Under the pieces are notes generated by a model. The model saw only the letters and a program-made list of their open reading frames with translations, did not search any database and had not been told where the DNA came from. This document shows positions 1 to 10,083 of a stretch of 50,380 nt of DNA, in pieces; positions within the stretch are counted from its first letter, which is position 1, and each line of letters starts with the position of its first letter. Where the stretch lies: contig JAHHIM010000033.1 in the NCBI GenBank assembly GCA_019358915.1, positions 1-50,380 of the forward strand. Reading direction: 5' to 3'. The position numbers and the translations under genes are program-made. This DNA comes from Trichormus sp. ATA11-4-KO1 (GTDB taxonomy: Bacteria; Cyanobacteriota; Cyanobacteriia; Cyanobacteriales; Nostocaceae).

Positions 1-204
1 TTGGTATGAATTGCAAAGGAACTTATTCACTTTGGTTGTGCGTGATTACATTGTAGAAAATCTTACCAATACTTGTGCTGCTTAATACACATGAATGGAA
101 TTTTTTGTCAATGCGTAACTCCTAATTAAATATTAATTTTCACAGCTAACTTAATAACGCTGGCAATTTCTCATAAATCCTCTGCATTCAGTATAGAAAA
201 CCAA

Positions 205-237
205 GCGATAAGCCTGCGGCATAGCTCCGCTTACCGC
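205..237. repeat. SDR-like double-hairpin element inside a split HIP1 site (GCGAT + 25 nt + CGC) upstream of nifJ
   Basis: GCGAT(205-209)-aagcctgcggcatagctccgcttac-CGC(235-237); the insert holds the mini-hairpins gcc-tgc-ggc and gc-tcc-gc. Confidence 0.55.
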
Positions 238-255
238 TACAAACAGAGAAAGATC

Positions 256-3200
256 ATGAACAAAACCTTTGCCACCATTGACGGGAATGAAGCTGTTGCC
301 CGTGTTGCTTACAAATTAAATGAAGTCATTGCCATTTATCCTATTACCCCCTCTTCAGCAATGGGTGAATGGGCAGATGCTTGGTCAGCCGAAAATCGTC
401 CCAATCTTTGGAATACTATTCCCAGCGTTGTACAGATGCAAAGTGAAGGCGGCGCAGCTGGTGCGGTACATGGGGCATTACAAACTGGTTCCCTGAGTAC
501 GACTTTCACGGCTTCCCAGGGACTATTGTTGATGATTCCCAACCTCTACAAAATCGCCGGGGAATTAACTAGTGCTGTGGTGCATGTTGCAGCCCGTTCC
601 CTAGCTACTCATGCTTTATCAATTTTCGGCGACCATAGCGATGTCATGGCCTCTCGCGCCACTGGGTTTGCTTTGCTGTGTTCCGCCTCAGTCCAAGAAA
701 GCCAAGATTTTGCTTTAATTGCCCAAGCTGCTACCTTAGAAACCCGTGTCTCGTTTATGCACTTCTTTGACGGCTTCCGTACATCACATGAAGTGCAAAA
801 AGTCAAATTATTATCAGATAATCAATTGCGATCGCTGATCAACGAAGATTTAATCTTAGCCCATCGCGCCCGCGCCCTCACCCCAGACCGCCCCATATTG
901 CGGGGTACAGCCCAAAACCCTGATGTTTACTTCCAGTCCCGTGAAGGTGCTAACCCTTATTACAGCGCTACTCCCGCCATTGTCCAACGCCTCATGGATG
1001 AGTTTGGCGAATTGACAGGTAGACATTACCAAATCTACGAATACCACGGCGCGAGTGATGCCGATCGCGTGATTGTACTCATGGGTTCCGGTTGTGAGAC
1101 AGTCCATGAAACAGTAGATTACCTCAACACCCAAGCGGAAAAAGTCGGAGTAGTAAAAGTGCGACTTTATCGCCCCTTCGACGTACAGAGATTTGTCGCA
1201 GTCTTACCTAAAACTGTACAGGCGATTGCAGTCCTCGACCGCACCAAAGAACCAGGTAGCGCCGGTGAACCGTTGTATTTAGATGTCGTCACAGCTATCC
1301 ATGAAGCTTGGCAAACATCCTCTTCATCCCCCAAAATAATCGGTGGTCGTTATGGTTTGTCATCAAAAGAGTTCACCCCGGCGATGGTGAAGGCAATTTT
1401 TGATCATCTTGCCCAACCACAACCGAAAAATCACTTTACTGTCGGTATTAATGATGACGTAAGTCACACTTCCCTCAACTTTGACGCTAATTTTTCCACC
1501 GAACCCGATAACGTTGTCCGGGCAATGTTCTATGGTTTAGGTTCTGATGGTACAGTAGGCGCAAACAAGAACTCCATCAAAATTATTGGTGAAGAAACCG
1601 AAAATTATGCTCAAGGCTACTTTGTCTATGACTCGAAAAAATCTGGTTCCATCACCGTTTCACATTTGCGTTTCGGCCCCCAACCAATTCGTTCAACTTA
1701 CTTAATTGACAAAGCCAACTTTATTGGTTGTCATCACTGGGGCTTTTTGGAACGCATCGATGTATTAAAATCTGCTGTCAATGGCGCAACTTTACTACTG
1801 AATAGTCCATACAATGCCGATAACGTCTGGGAACATCTACCCGAAAAAGTACAGCAACAAATTAGAGACAAACAACTAAAAGTTTACGTCATCAACGCCA
1901 ACCAAGTCGCCCGTGAAAGCAGTATGGGTGGTCGAATCAATACAATTATGCAGGTATGCTTTTTTGCATTAGCAGGAGTTTTACCCCAAGCAGAAGCAAT
2001 TACTAAAATTAAAAAAGCCATTGAAAAGACTTACGGTAAAAAAGGTGTAGAAATTGTTAAAAAAAACTTGCAAGCAGTAGACAACACCCTCACCAATTTA
2101 CACAAAGTTGATATACCCCATTCTTTTTCCCCCACTCCCAACTCCCAACTCCCCACTCCCCTCTTAAACAGTGCGCCGGAATTTGTGCGAGATGTCCTGG
2201 GTGAAATCATGGTATGGCATGGTGATGAATTACCTGTGAGTGCATTACCAGCTGATGGGACATTTCCTACAGGGACGGCGAAATGGGAAAAACGCAACGT
2301 AGCTGAGGAGATACCTGTATGGGAACCTGATATCTGCGTACAATGTGGTAAATGTGTGATGGTTTGTCCTCATAGTGCTATCCGCGCCAAAGCTTATCAA
2401 CCTGATGAATTAATTAATGCACCGACTAGCTTTAAATCAGTTGATGCCAAAGATAAGAGTTTTCACAATCAAAAATTCACGATTCAAGTTGCCCCAGAAG
2501 ATTGTACAGGATGCGCTATTTGTGTAGATATTTGCCCTGCCAAAAATAAAGCTGAACCGTTGCAGAAAGCCATTAATATGGCGCAGCAGTTATCTTTGCG
2601 GGAACAAGAACGCAAAAACTGGGATTTCTTCTTGAATTTACCTAATCCTGACCGCCGACAGCTAAAACTTAACCAAATTCGCCAACAACAACTGCAAGAA
2701 CCATTATTTGAATTTTCCGGTGCTTGTGCAGGTTGTGGAGAGACACCTTATTTAAAATTATTAACCCAATTGTTTGGCGATCGCGCGGTGATTGCCAATG
2801 CTACGGGTTGTTCCTCAATTTACGGTGGAAATCTCCCGACAACCCCTTGGACAACCAACGCCGAAGGACGCGGTCCCGCATGGTCAAATAGTTTATTTGA
2901 AGATAATGCCGAGTTTGGTTTTGGCTTTAGGTTATCGCTAGATAAACAAGCCGAGTTTGCGGCGGAATTATTGCAACAATTAGGAAGTGAACTAGATGAA
3001 AAACTCGTCAACTCTATCCTGACTGCTGAACAAAAAACCGAAGTTGATATCTGGGAACAACGAGAAAGAGTAACATTGCTCAAACAAACATTAGATAAAA
3101 TATTAACAACCAATCCAACCAAATACACAACCAGAGAAAAAACAAAAATCGGCGTTCAACCCTGCGGGAAGCCCTTCGGTCTACAGCGTTTATCGGCGGT

Positions 3201-3903
3201 TCAAAATCTTCAATCCCTTGCAGACTACTTGGTAAGAAAAAGCGTCTGGATTGTTGGTGGTGACGGCTGGGCTTATGATATTGATTTTGGCGGTATCGAC
3301 CATGTATTAGCCAGTGGTCGCAATGTGAATATCTTGGTGATGGATACAGAAGTATATTCTAATACTGGCGGTCAATCATCCAAAGCCACACCCAAAGCAG
3401 CAGTAGCAAAATTTGCCGCTAGTGGTAAACCTGCACCGAAAAAAGATTTAGGGTTAATGGCCATGACCTACGGTAACGTCTACGTAGCGAGTGTAGCTTT
3501 GGGTGCAAAAGATGAACACACCCTGAAAGCATTTCTAGAAGCAGAGGCTTATGATGGCCCATCATTGATTATTGCTTATAGCCATTGTATCGCCCACGGT
3601 ATCAACATGACCACAGGCATGAACCATCAAAAATCATTGGTAGAATCAGGTCGTTGGTTACTATATCGGTATAATCCAGAGTTGCAGCAACAAGGTAAAA
3701 ATCCCCTACAATTGGATATGCGAACTGACAAGTCAGCGCTGGCGCTATCGCCTTCTCAATCAGTAGAGCAATCCATGTATCAAGAAAATCGTTTCAAAAT
3801 GCTGACTAAGAGTAAGCCAGAGTTAGCTAAACAACTATTGCAACAAGCGCAAACTGAAGTCGATGCACGTTGGCAGATGTATCAATATTTAGCAAATAGG
3901 TAA
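256..3903 (+). CDS. nifJ: Pyruvate:ferredoxin/flavodoxin oxidoreductase (NifJ/PFOR), 1215 aa
   Basis: N-terminal DGNEAVA..YPITPSS and MQSEGGAAGAVHG; two CxxCxxCxxxCP ferredoxin motifs (CVQCGKCVMVCP, CTGCAICVDICP); GACAGCGE; TPP-binding GGDGWAYDI..N. Confidence 0.97.
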   Translation: MNKTFATIDGNEAVARVAYKLNEVIAIYPITPSSAMGEWADAWSAENRPNLWNTIPSVVQMQSEGGAAGAVHGALQTGSLSTTFTASQGLLLMIPNLYKIAGELTSAVVHVAARSLATHALSIFGDHSDVMASRATGFALLCSASVQESQDFALIAQAATLETRVSFMHFFDGFRTSHEVQKVKLLSDNQLRSLINEDLILAHRARALTPDRPILRGTAQNPDVYFQSREGANPYYSATPAIVQRLMDEFGELTGRHYQIYEYHGASDADRVIVLMGSGCETVHETVDYLNTQAEKVGVVKVRLYRPFDVQRFVAVLPKTVQAIAVLDRTKEPGSAGEPLYLDVVTAIHEAWQTSSSSPKIIGGRYGLSSKEFTPAMVKAIFDHLAQPQPKNHFTVGINDDVSHTSLNFDANFSTEPDNVVRAMFYGLGSDGTVGANKNSIKIIGEETENYAQGYFVYDSKKSGSITVSHLRFGPQPIRSTYLIDKANFIGCHHWGFLERIDVLKSAVNGATLLLNSPYNADNVWEHLPEKVQQQIRDKQLKVYVINANQVARESSMGGRINTIMQVCFFALAGVLPQAEAITKIKKAIEKTYGKKGVEIVKKNLQAVDNTLTNLHKVDIPHSFSPTPNSQLPTPLLNSAPEFVRDVLGEIMVWHGDELPVSALPADGTFPTGTAKWEKRNVAEEIPVWEPDICVQCGKCVMVCPHSAIRAKAYQPDELINAPTSFKSVDAKDKSFHNQKFTIQVAPEDCTGCAICVDICPAKNKAEPLQKAINMAQQLSLREQERKNWDFFLNLPNPDRRQLKLNQIRQQQLQEPLFEFSGACAGCGETPYLKLLTQLFGDRAVIANATGCSSIYGGNLPTTPWTTNAEGRGPAWSNSLFEDNAEFGFGFRLSLDKQAEFAAELLQQLGSELDEKLVNSILTAEQKTEVDIWEQRERVTLLKQTLDKILTTNPTKYTTREKTKIGVQPCGKPFGLQRLSAVQNLQSLADYLVRKSVWIVGGDGWAYDIDFGGIDHVLASGRNVNILVMDTEVYSNTGGQSSKATPKAAVAKFAASGKPAPKKDLGLMAMTYGNVYVASVALGAKDEHTLKAFLEAEAYDGPSLIIAYSHCIAHGINMTTGMNHQKSLVESGRWLLYRYNPELQQQGKNPLQLDMRTDKSALALSPSQSVEQSMYQENRFKMLTKSKPELAKQLLQQAQTEVDARWQMYQYLANR
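2130..2157 (+). repeat. Four tandem heptamers CCC(C/A)ACT (STRR-type) inside nifJ
   Basis: CCCCACT CCCAACT CCCAACT CCCCACT encoding the PTPNSQLPT linker. Confidence 0.85.
3148..3203 (+). repeat. Dispersed-repeat insertion translated in frame within nifJ
   Basis: atcggcgttca...gcgtttatcggcggtt interrupted by the double hairpin ccc-tgc-ggg / gccc-ttc-ggtc; encodes the atypical stretch IGVQPCGKPFGLQRLSAVQ. Confidence 0.6.
3720..3751 (+). repeat. 24-nt SDR5-like element inserted in a HIP1 site (GCG^ATCGC) inside nifJ
   Basis: GCG(3720-3722)+aactgacaagtcagcgctggcgct(3723-3746)+ATCGC(3747-3751); removing the 24 nt restores GCGATCGC and keeps the frame. Confidence 0.8.
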
Positions 3904-4040
3904 TCTAAAGAAAGATTTGACTAAATGGATAGGTGTCGGAGAGGGGTTGGGGTGAGATTCATCAAATTCACGTTACTTTGGCTGTGTCAATCCACTACAT
4001 TAAATAGTTCGAGATGTTAGCACCGACTTACTTACTTTGA

Positions 4041-5624
4041 CTAACGTACCTCTTTCAAACTGTCAACTTGCTTAGTAAATAACTCAGTAAACAGACTCAT
4101 AACTGTACGTTCCTCACGTACTTTAATATTAGCGACAATTGACATCCCTGACTGCAAGTTAATGTTTCTACCTTGAATATCTAAAGATTGTTTATCCAAA
4201 CTAATTGTTGCTGGAAATCGATAAAACTTATGTGTTTCATCTGGTGGTAATGCGTCAGATCCTATGCTCATTACTTTTCCTTTAATATCGCCAAATTCGC
4301 TGAAGGGAAAAGAGTCAATTCTTACATCAGTATTCATTCCTGCTTGCACAAAACCAATATCTTTATTGGTGATGAAAACTTCAGCAATATATTTATCATT
4401 AGGGACAATTTGTAGAAGCTTTTGACTAGAATTTGCCACAAAACCAGGGTTTTTAGCTTGTAAATCAAAAACTGTTCCTGCCACAGGTGCGCGTAGTTCT
4501 TGATATTGAAAGTTCAACTGGGCTTGGGATATTTTACTATTTATATCTGCCAAGGTTTGCTCATTGTTTAGCACAACTTTCATAAATTGGCTATCAATTT
4601 CGGCAATGCGTCTTTTATTATCAGCTATTTTTTCTAAGACGTTTTTACTAGAAACAGCTACAGTATTTTTTAAATCTTGTCGTCCCTTTTCAATATCAAA
4701 ATTCAAGCGTTGTCGTTCTTCATCTAATTGTGCGATTTCAGCTGTGAGATTTTGCACTTGTTGTTGCTGATTTAGATACTGAAGCTGAGAAATACCACCT
4801 TCTTCTGCTAATATTTGCAGTTTATCTAATATATGCTGCTGAATAGCTAGACTAGATTTAGTATCATTTATTCTTACTTGCGTTTGCGCAAGTTGTTTTT
4901 TAGTTTTCTCTACTTCCAACTGCGCTGCCGCAGACCGGGAATCTAATTCTCTTTTGGCAATTTGCAGACGTTTTTGTTCGTCAGATCCTAGTCTTACTCC
5001 TAAATCAGAGTTTCTCAATTCAGCACGCAACAATTCATTTTCTGTAACTAACGCTATCCTATTTTTCAAAAGAAAGGCGGTATCTGCTGGCAATTCACTA
5101 CGCAAAAATTCTAGTTCAGATGCTGTGGCAGAACTAGCTTCCATTAACCGACGATAAATCTGGTTTTCTTTAATTAGAGTTGTGCGAATCTTATCTAAAG
5201 AATTTAATTGAGCAATGCTGGCCACAGTCTCAAAAGTTAGCAGCAAATCTCCCGGATTGACTTGTTGTCCATCTTTGACGTGAACCGATTTCACGACTCC
5301 ACTAACGGGAGCTTGTACTTCTTTGATTGTTCCTTCTGGCTTGAGTTGACCTGTAGCAGGTACTACTTGTTCGATTTTGGCAAAACAAGCCCAAGTAATT
5401 CCAAAACATGCTAAACCCACTAAGGTGAGCATAATTGTGCGTGACCAAATTGGCGATTGGCGTAGCACAACTGATTGCTCAAAACTACTGTAGTTGGCAT
5501 TGCTTAAAGGCTCCTGAGAAGCTTTTGCCAAAGATGTGGGTACTGGTGAATCTGCCTTAATGCCGTTTTCATGCTTCCCGTTGCCATTATGGCCGTTGAG
5601 CCTACTTTCATTAATTTGAGTCAT
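4041..5624 (-). CDS. HlyD-family membrane fusion protein of a type I secretion system
   Basis: Single N-terminal TM segment, GQLKP..EVQAP..G.V..V.V..G..V..GD.L, long coiled coil, ELRAPVAGTV, DIGFV..G....R.D.FP...FG.I.G.V..I..DA, LQSGM. Confidence 0.93.
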   Translation of the reverse strand: MTQINESRLNGHNGNGKHENGIKADSPVPTSLAKASQEPLSNANYSSFEQSVVLRQSPIWSRTIMLTLVGLACFGITWACFAKIEQVVPATGQLKPEGTIKEVQAPVSGVVKSVHVKDGQQVNPGDLLLTFETVASIAQLNSLDKIRTTLIKENQIYRRLMEASSATASELEFLRSELPADTAFLLKNRIALVTENELLRAELRNSDLGVRLGSDEQKRLQIAKRELDSRSAAAQLEVEKTKKQLAQTQVRINDTKSSLAIQQHILDKLQILAEEGGISQLQYLNQQQQVQNLTAEIAQLDEERQRLNFDIEKGRQDLKNTVAVSSKNVLEKIADNKRRIAEIDSQFMKVVLNNEQTLADINSKISQAQLNFQYQELRAPVAGTVFDLQAKNPGFVANSSQKLLQIVPNDKYIAEVFITNKDIGFVQAGMNTDVRIDSFPFSEFGDIKGKVMSIGSDALPPDETHKFYRFPATISLDKQSLDIQGRNINLQSGMSIVANIKVREERTVMSLFTELFTKQVDSLKEVR

Positions 5625-5658
5625 AGTGATTTTATTTGTTTGGTTGATGCACGACTAG

Positions 5659-8600
5659 TTATAAATTCACTTCTTGTTGTTGATACAGGTAATAATAATG
5701 ACCTTTGGCAACCATTAATTCTTGATGGCTTCCTTGTTCTATTACCCTGCCACTATCCATCACGACAATCATATCTGCATGGCTGACCGTGTTGAGCCGA
5801 TGAGTAATAAAGAATACTGTGTTACCTTGAAAGGCCTTAGCTAAATTCAGACAAACTTGTCGCTCGGTGGGATAATCTAGGGCGCTCGTGGCTTCGTCTA
5901 AAACTAATAATTTTGGCCGTTGTAAAATAGAACGGGCGATCGCAATTCTTTGTCTTTGTCCACCTGAAAGTCCCGCACCGCGTTCTCCTACCCGTGTGTT
6001 GTAACCGTTGGGTAAGGTCATGATAAATTCGTGAGCAGCCGCAATACGCGCAGCTTCAATAATTTCGTCAGTTGTCGCATCAGGATTTGTCAGGGCAATA
6101 TTTTCCTGAACAGTACCGTCAAACAATAAGGTTTCTTGGGGAACTACACCCACCTGTCGCCGCAGCGAATAAAGCTCTACTTTGGCAATATCGTAACCAT
6201 CAATTAAAATTCTGCCTGACTCTACTTCGTAAAGTCTCAGTAGTAATTTCATCATCGTACTTTTACCCGATCCGCTTTGGCCGACAATACCAATAAATTT
6301 CCCGGCGGTAAAATCGAGATTGACGTTAGAAAGCTGTAAAGGGCCACTAGGCGCAAATCGGAAGGAAACATTATCAAATTTTACTGAGCCTGCGATCGCA
6401 GGTAAAGGAATATTTTGGCGGTCGATTTCGGCTTCTTGTGGGGTATCGACAATATCACTTAAACGTTCTAGTGATAAAGCTGTTTCTTGGAAGCTTTGCC
6501 AGAGTTGAGCTAAACGTAATATAGGACTAGTAACGTAACCTGAGATAATTCTAAAAGCGATTAATTCACCTAATGTGAGTTCTCCTTGCAAGACTAAATA
6601 AGAACCTACCCACAAAACTAGCAAACTACTAAGTTTATTTAAAAAGTTGCTAGTAGAATTAGCCAAGGTCGAGGTGATCACAGTTTTAAAACCAGCCGCT
6701 ACATACCGAGCATAACGCTCTTGCCAGGAAAAACGCGATTGCAATTCAATATTTTGCGCCTTTACTGTTTGAATACCCGACATTACTTCAACCAAATAAG
6801 ATTGAGTGTGAGCGTTGCGTTCGGCTTTGGTACGTAATTGTTTACTAATAGTGGGAGAAGCAATTAAGGTAATAATGATGAAGACAGGAATCGTTCCTAA
6901 ACCTACTACAGTTAGCTGCCAACTATAGAACAGCATGACGATAATATAAATCACCGAAAATACTGCATCTAATACCACTGTTAAGGCAGTACCGGTGAGA
7001 AACTGACGGATATTTTCTAATTCGTTGATGCGCGTAGCCAGTTCACCCACCGGTCGCCGTTCAAAATAGCGCAGTGGCAGACGTAGTAAGTGGTCGATAA
7101 TTTGCGACCCCAAACTCATATCAATGCGGTTGGTTGTATCCACAAACAAGTAAGTCCGCAATGTGGTCAGCAATGCCTCAAATATGCCTACCACTAATAG
7201 TAAAAGACCTAAAACATTCAAGGTACTAATACTATTTTGGACGATAACTTTGTCGATAATTAGTTGAATGACAAGGGGATTAGCTAACTGAGCTAACTGG
7301 ACAAAAAAGGAAGCAATAAAAACTTCTATGAGAACTCGCCGATGCTTTGATAAATAAGGAATGAACCATTGGATACCAAAGCGTTCTTGAGGTGTTTCTT
7401 TAGTAGCAGCCAGCAACAAAACTTTCACCTGGGGAGGCAAATTAGTTTCATTAACTTCTAATTGAGCTATAAATTCAGCAGGTTTGCAACGAACAATTCC
7501 TTGAGATGGCACACCTGCAACAATAGTATTAACATCTGTTTCATATAAAACAGCATAACTATCGCCATAGCGAATTAGTGCTGGTGTGGGAATACGTGCG
7601 ATCGCCGCCGCCGGTAAGTCTACTAACTGCGCTTTGAGTCCAATTAATTCTGCTAGGTAAGCACAAACTTGAAACGAAATATTACCTTGGCGTTTGATTT
7701 GTTCAGTTAACAGGCGACGCACCACCTCCCGACGAAAAGGGATTTGCAGGTGTTTCGAGAGCATTTGAAAACAGGCAAAAACTGTGTTTAATTCCCCATT
7801 ACCACGAAAAAATGGGTAATTTTGACGTGTTTTTCTATCCTTTGGCGGATGTGGTTCTGACTGGGAAACTTCTTCGTCAGAGGCGTAGGGAATCTCTGGA
7901 CTATCTGTGATAGTTGGTTGAATCTGGTTTACAGAAGCCTGTTCTTGATGATTACGATTTTCTAAAAATAATAAATCTGTGGCAGATAAACCAATCAAAC
8001 GCGCCGGAATTGTTCCTTTAACTTCCAGTGCGTCACTCAATTCTAAGCGAGAACCCGGCGAGAAATTCGTTACTTGACCACCGCCACTAACAAACCAAAT
8101 ACTTTCACTATCTAGTTGGTTATATGGAGTTATTCCGGGAGCCAGATAATGTATTCTAACTCTTGATAAAGCTTGTTCAGCAAGTTCTTTAAGATTAGTT
8201 ACTGCATTGGCTTGCTGTGCAATTTGTGAACTCAAGATATCAAAAACCTCTACCAAATGACTCTGGTGGAGGCGTGTATTGGCAAATCCTGGGTAGGAAG
8301 CAAGCAGGCGTAAATATTCGGTTTTACTTAAGCTTAAACATATGACTTCAGTCGAAGCGATCGCTGTTTCACATGCAACATCACGTAATACACTAATCTC
8401 ACCTAAAATTTCCCCTGGGTGCAGCAACTTTAATGTAGTTGGTATTTGTGTTTGGGGATCATATCCCAACAACCGCACTTTTCCTTCGTAAAGAATCGTA
8501 ATTTGTTCAGGGGGTTTTTCTTTACCAATTATTTTTTGACCTATACGGTAACGCCAAGCTTGTAGCTGTTTTGAGAGATGAGTTATCTCTTCAGGAGGTA

Positions 8601-8661
8601 ATTGCTCAAACCCTTCTAGGTGAGAAATAAATTCTTGAAATGAACTTGTAATATAAGTCAT
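5659..8661 (-). CDS. HlyB-type T1SS ABC transporter with N-terminal cNMP-binding domain and C39-like domain
   Basis: cNMP-like N-terminus (ILYEGKVRL..L.PGEILGE); degenerate C39 region; ABC membrane domain; Walker A GQSGSGKST, LSGGQRQR, Walker B LVLDEATSALD, H-loop ITHRL. Confidence 0.93.
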   Translation of the reverse strand: MTYITSSFQEFISHLEGFEQLPPEEITHLSKQLQAWRYRIGQKIIGKEKPPEQITILYEGKVRLLGYDPQTQIPTTLKLLHPGEILGEISVLRDVACETAIASTEVICLSLSKTEYLRLLASYPGFANTRLHQSHLVEVFDILSSQIAQQANAVTNLKELAEQALSRVRIHYLAPGITPYNQLDSESIWFVSGGGQVTNFSPGSRLELSDALEVKGTIPARLIGLSATDLLFLENRNHQEQASVNQIQPTITDSPEIPYASDEEVSQSEPHPPKDRKTRQNYPFFRGNGELNTVFACFQMLSKHLQIPFRREVVRRLLTEQIKRQGNISFQVCAYLAELIGLKAQLVDLPAAAIARIPTPALIRYGDSYAVLYETDVNTIVAGVPSQGIVRCKPAEFIAQLEVNETNLPPQVKVLLLAATKETPQERFGIQWFIPYLSKHRRVLIEVFIASFFVQLAQLANPLVIQLIIDKVIVQNSISTLNVLGLLLLVVGIFEALLTTLRTYLFVDTTNRIDMSLGSQIIDHLLRLPLRYFERRPVGELATRINELENIRQFLTGTALTVVLDAVFSVIYIIVMLFYSWQLTVVGLGTIPVFIIITLIASPTISKQLRTKAERNAHTQSYLVEVMSGIQTVKAQNIELQSRFSWQERYARYVAAGFKTVITSTLANSTSNFLNKLSSLLVLWVGSYLVLQGELTLGELIAFRIISGYVTSPILRLAQLWQSFQETALSLERLSDIVDTPQEAEIDRQNIPLPAIAGSVKFDNVSFRFAPSGPLQLSNVNLDFTAGKFIGIVGQSGSGKSTMMKLLLRLYEVESGRILIDGYDIAKVELYSLRRQVGVVPQETLLFDGTVQENIALTNPDATTDEIIEAARIAAAHEFIMTLPNGYNTRVGERGAGLSGGQRQRIAIARSILQRPKLLVLDEATSALDYPTERQVCLNLAKAFQGNTVFFITHRLNTVSHADMIVVMDSGRVIEQGSHQELMVAKGHYYYLYQQQEVNL

Positions 8662-8779
8662 TCTAGGACAATATATAGAGGTCTATTTAGGAAACTTAAC
8701 AGTGTTTTTTTAACTTTTATTTTTTTGAATTTGTTCATAACCAAAATATAAAAGTCAGTTGATATTTTCACTGTGATGC

Positions 8780-9526
8780 CTAAATCGTTATATGTTCTAG
8801 TTGGCGAATTTGACAGTTCTGCGCCGCTATTTCTGCTTGCAGCCAACTATTAAAACGTTCATTCAGTAGTCGCTGACGCAGTGTATGATCCAACTGTACT
8901 AAAAGCAACTTCTCAAGGCGGACGATAACTATCCAGTTTTCTAATTGAGTTGGTGGTAACAGTTGTTGTGGCTGGCTAGTAGTCAGTATTCTCGCTAAAA
9001 CAGGATGGATAGCTTGCAATTCCACCGGGCCGACTAAACCATTTGTCTGTGCTTCCGGTCCTTGAGAATATTCTCGTGCCAATTCAGCAAAGGATTGTTC
9101 CCCTGCTTGCAGGCGAAAATAAATTTCTTGAGCAATGCCAATGTCAGCAGTTCTAATTAGAGAATAGACGACTCGATCTAATTGGGGTTTGCGCTGGAAA
9201 AAGTAAGCATCTAAATCGCCTCCCCAAGTGAGTTGCTTGTATTTTTCTATTTTGAATTGGCGGATAGCGATCGCGGCAAACTGTTCGGCGCTCATATTAT
9301 TCTGCTCAAGCCAACGCTGATACACGTCATCAGAGGTGATTTGATATTGTTGAGCTAATTGTTCACAGGCCAATTTCTCTTCTTGTGGCGTACATTGAAT
9401 TGGCGCGATCGCTTGGTCAAGCACCACCTCTTTGATTAACAACGGCAGCATTTGGTATTTTGCCAGCAATGGCAAAACTTCTGTAGCAGTCAGCTTGCGA
9501 TCGCCGACTTGCAGAACTGGCATCAT
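8780..9526 (-). CDS. Parvulin/PpiC-type peptidyl-prolyl isomerase associated with the T1SS (start moved to ATG 9526)
   Basis: LDRVVYSLIRT..G.AQE.YFRL..GE.SFAELAREYSQGPEA.T.GL.GP rotamase motif; co-directional with and directly upstream of hlyB/hlyD. Confidence 0.85.
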   Translation of the reverse strand: MMPVLQVGDRKLTATEVLPLLAKYQMLPLLIKEVVLDQAIAPIQCTPQEEKLACEQLAQQYQITSDDVYQRWLEQNNMSAEQFAAIAIRQFKIEKYKQLTWGGDLDAYFFQRKPQLDRVVYSLIRTADIGIAQEIYFRLQAGEQSFAELAREYSQGPEAQTNGLVGPVELQAIHPVLARILTTSQPQQLLPPTQLENWIVIVRLEKLLLVQLDHTLRQRLLNERFNSWLQAEIAAQNCQIRQLEHITI

Positions 9527-10015
9527 ATTATTTTTAATTTGTGTTGCCACGACAGTTAATTCTCTCAAGAAGATAGTGGAAATACTTTGAGAAAAAATTA
9601 TGAATTGGTTAAATTTAGAGGATTGAATTTTATTTCATTTTGTGCATTCAATATCACATACTAACTTGTTGTTTGTTTGACACATTGAGAAATATCTCAA
9701 ACTTTTTTTACTTTGAATGTTTTTATGACTGAATCATGAGTCGAAAAAATGCTGTATTTTACTTGGTTGGCATTTTTTCATTAGTGCGGATTTTTACACA
9801 AATACTTACAAGTATGGTATTAATTTTACAAAAAAGTTCAGACAATAGAGTAATTTCCATTGATTCTATGTTTAGCTTTTATAATTAACCAGAGTGAATA
9901 CACTGAATTTATTTACTAGCTATCAACAAATTTTCCCGAAAAATACTTAATTTTTGCCAAGATAGCAATTAGCAAGAGATGGAATTAAACTAGTTACCAC
10001 TTGCCATAAATACCA

Positions 10016-10055
10016 AAAATACCTGCAACTCACAGTGATGAGTTGCAGGTATTTT
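10016..10055 (-). terminator. Intrinsic terminator hairpin downstream of the FG-GAP gene
   Basis: 17-bp perfect inverted repeat aaaatacctgcaactca / tgagttgcaggtatttt with a 6-nt loop. Confidence 0.8.
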
Positions 10056-10083
10056 CATATATTGTGATCCAGGAGATGAAAAA

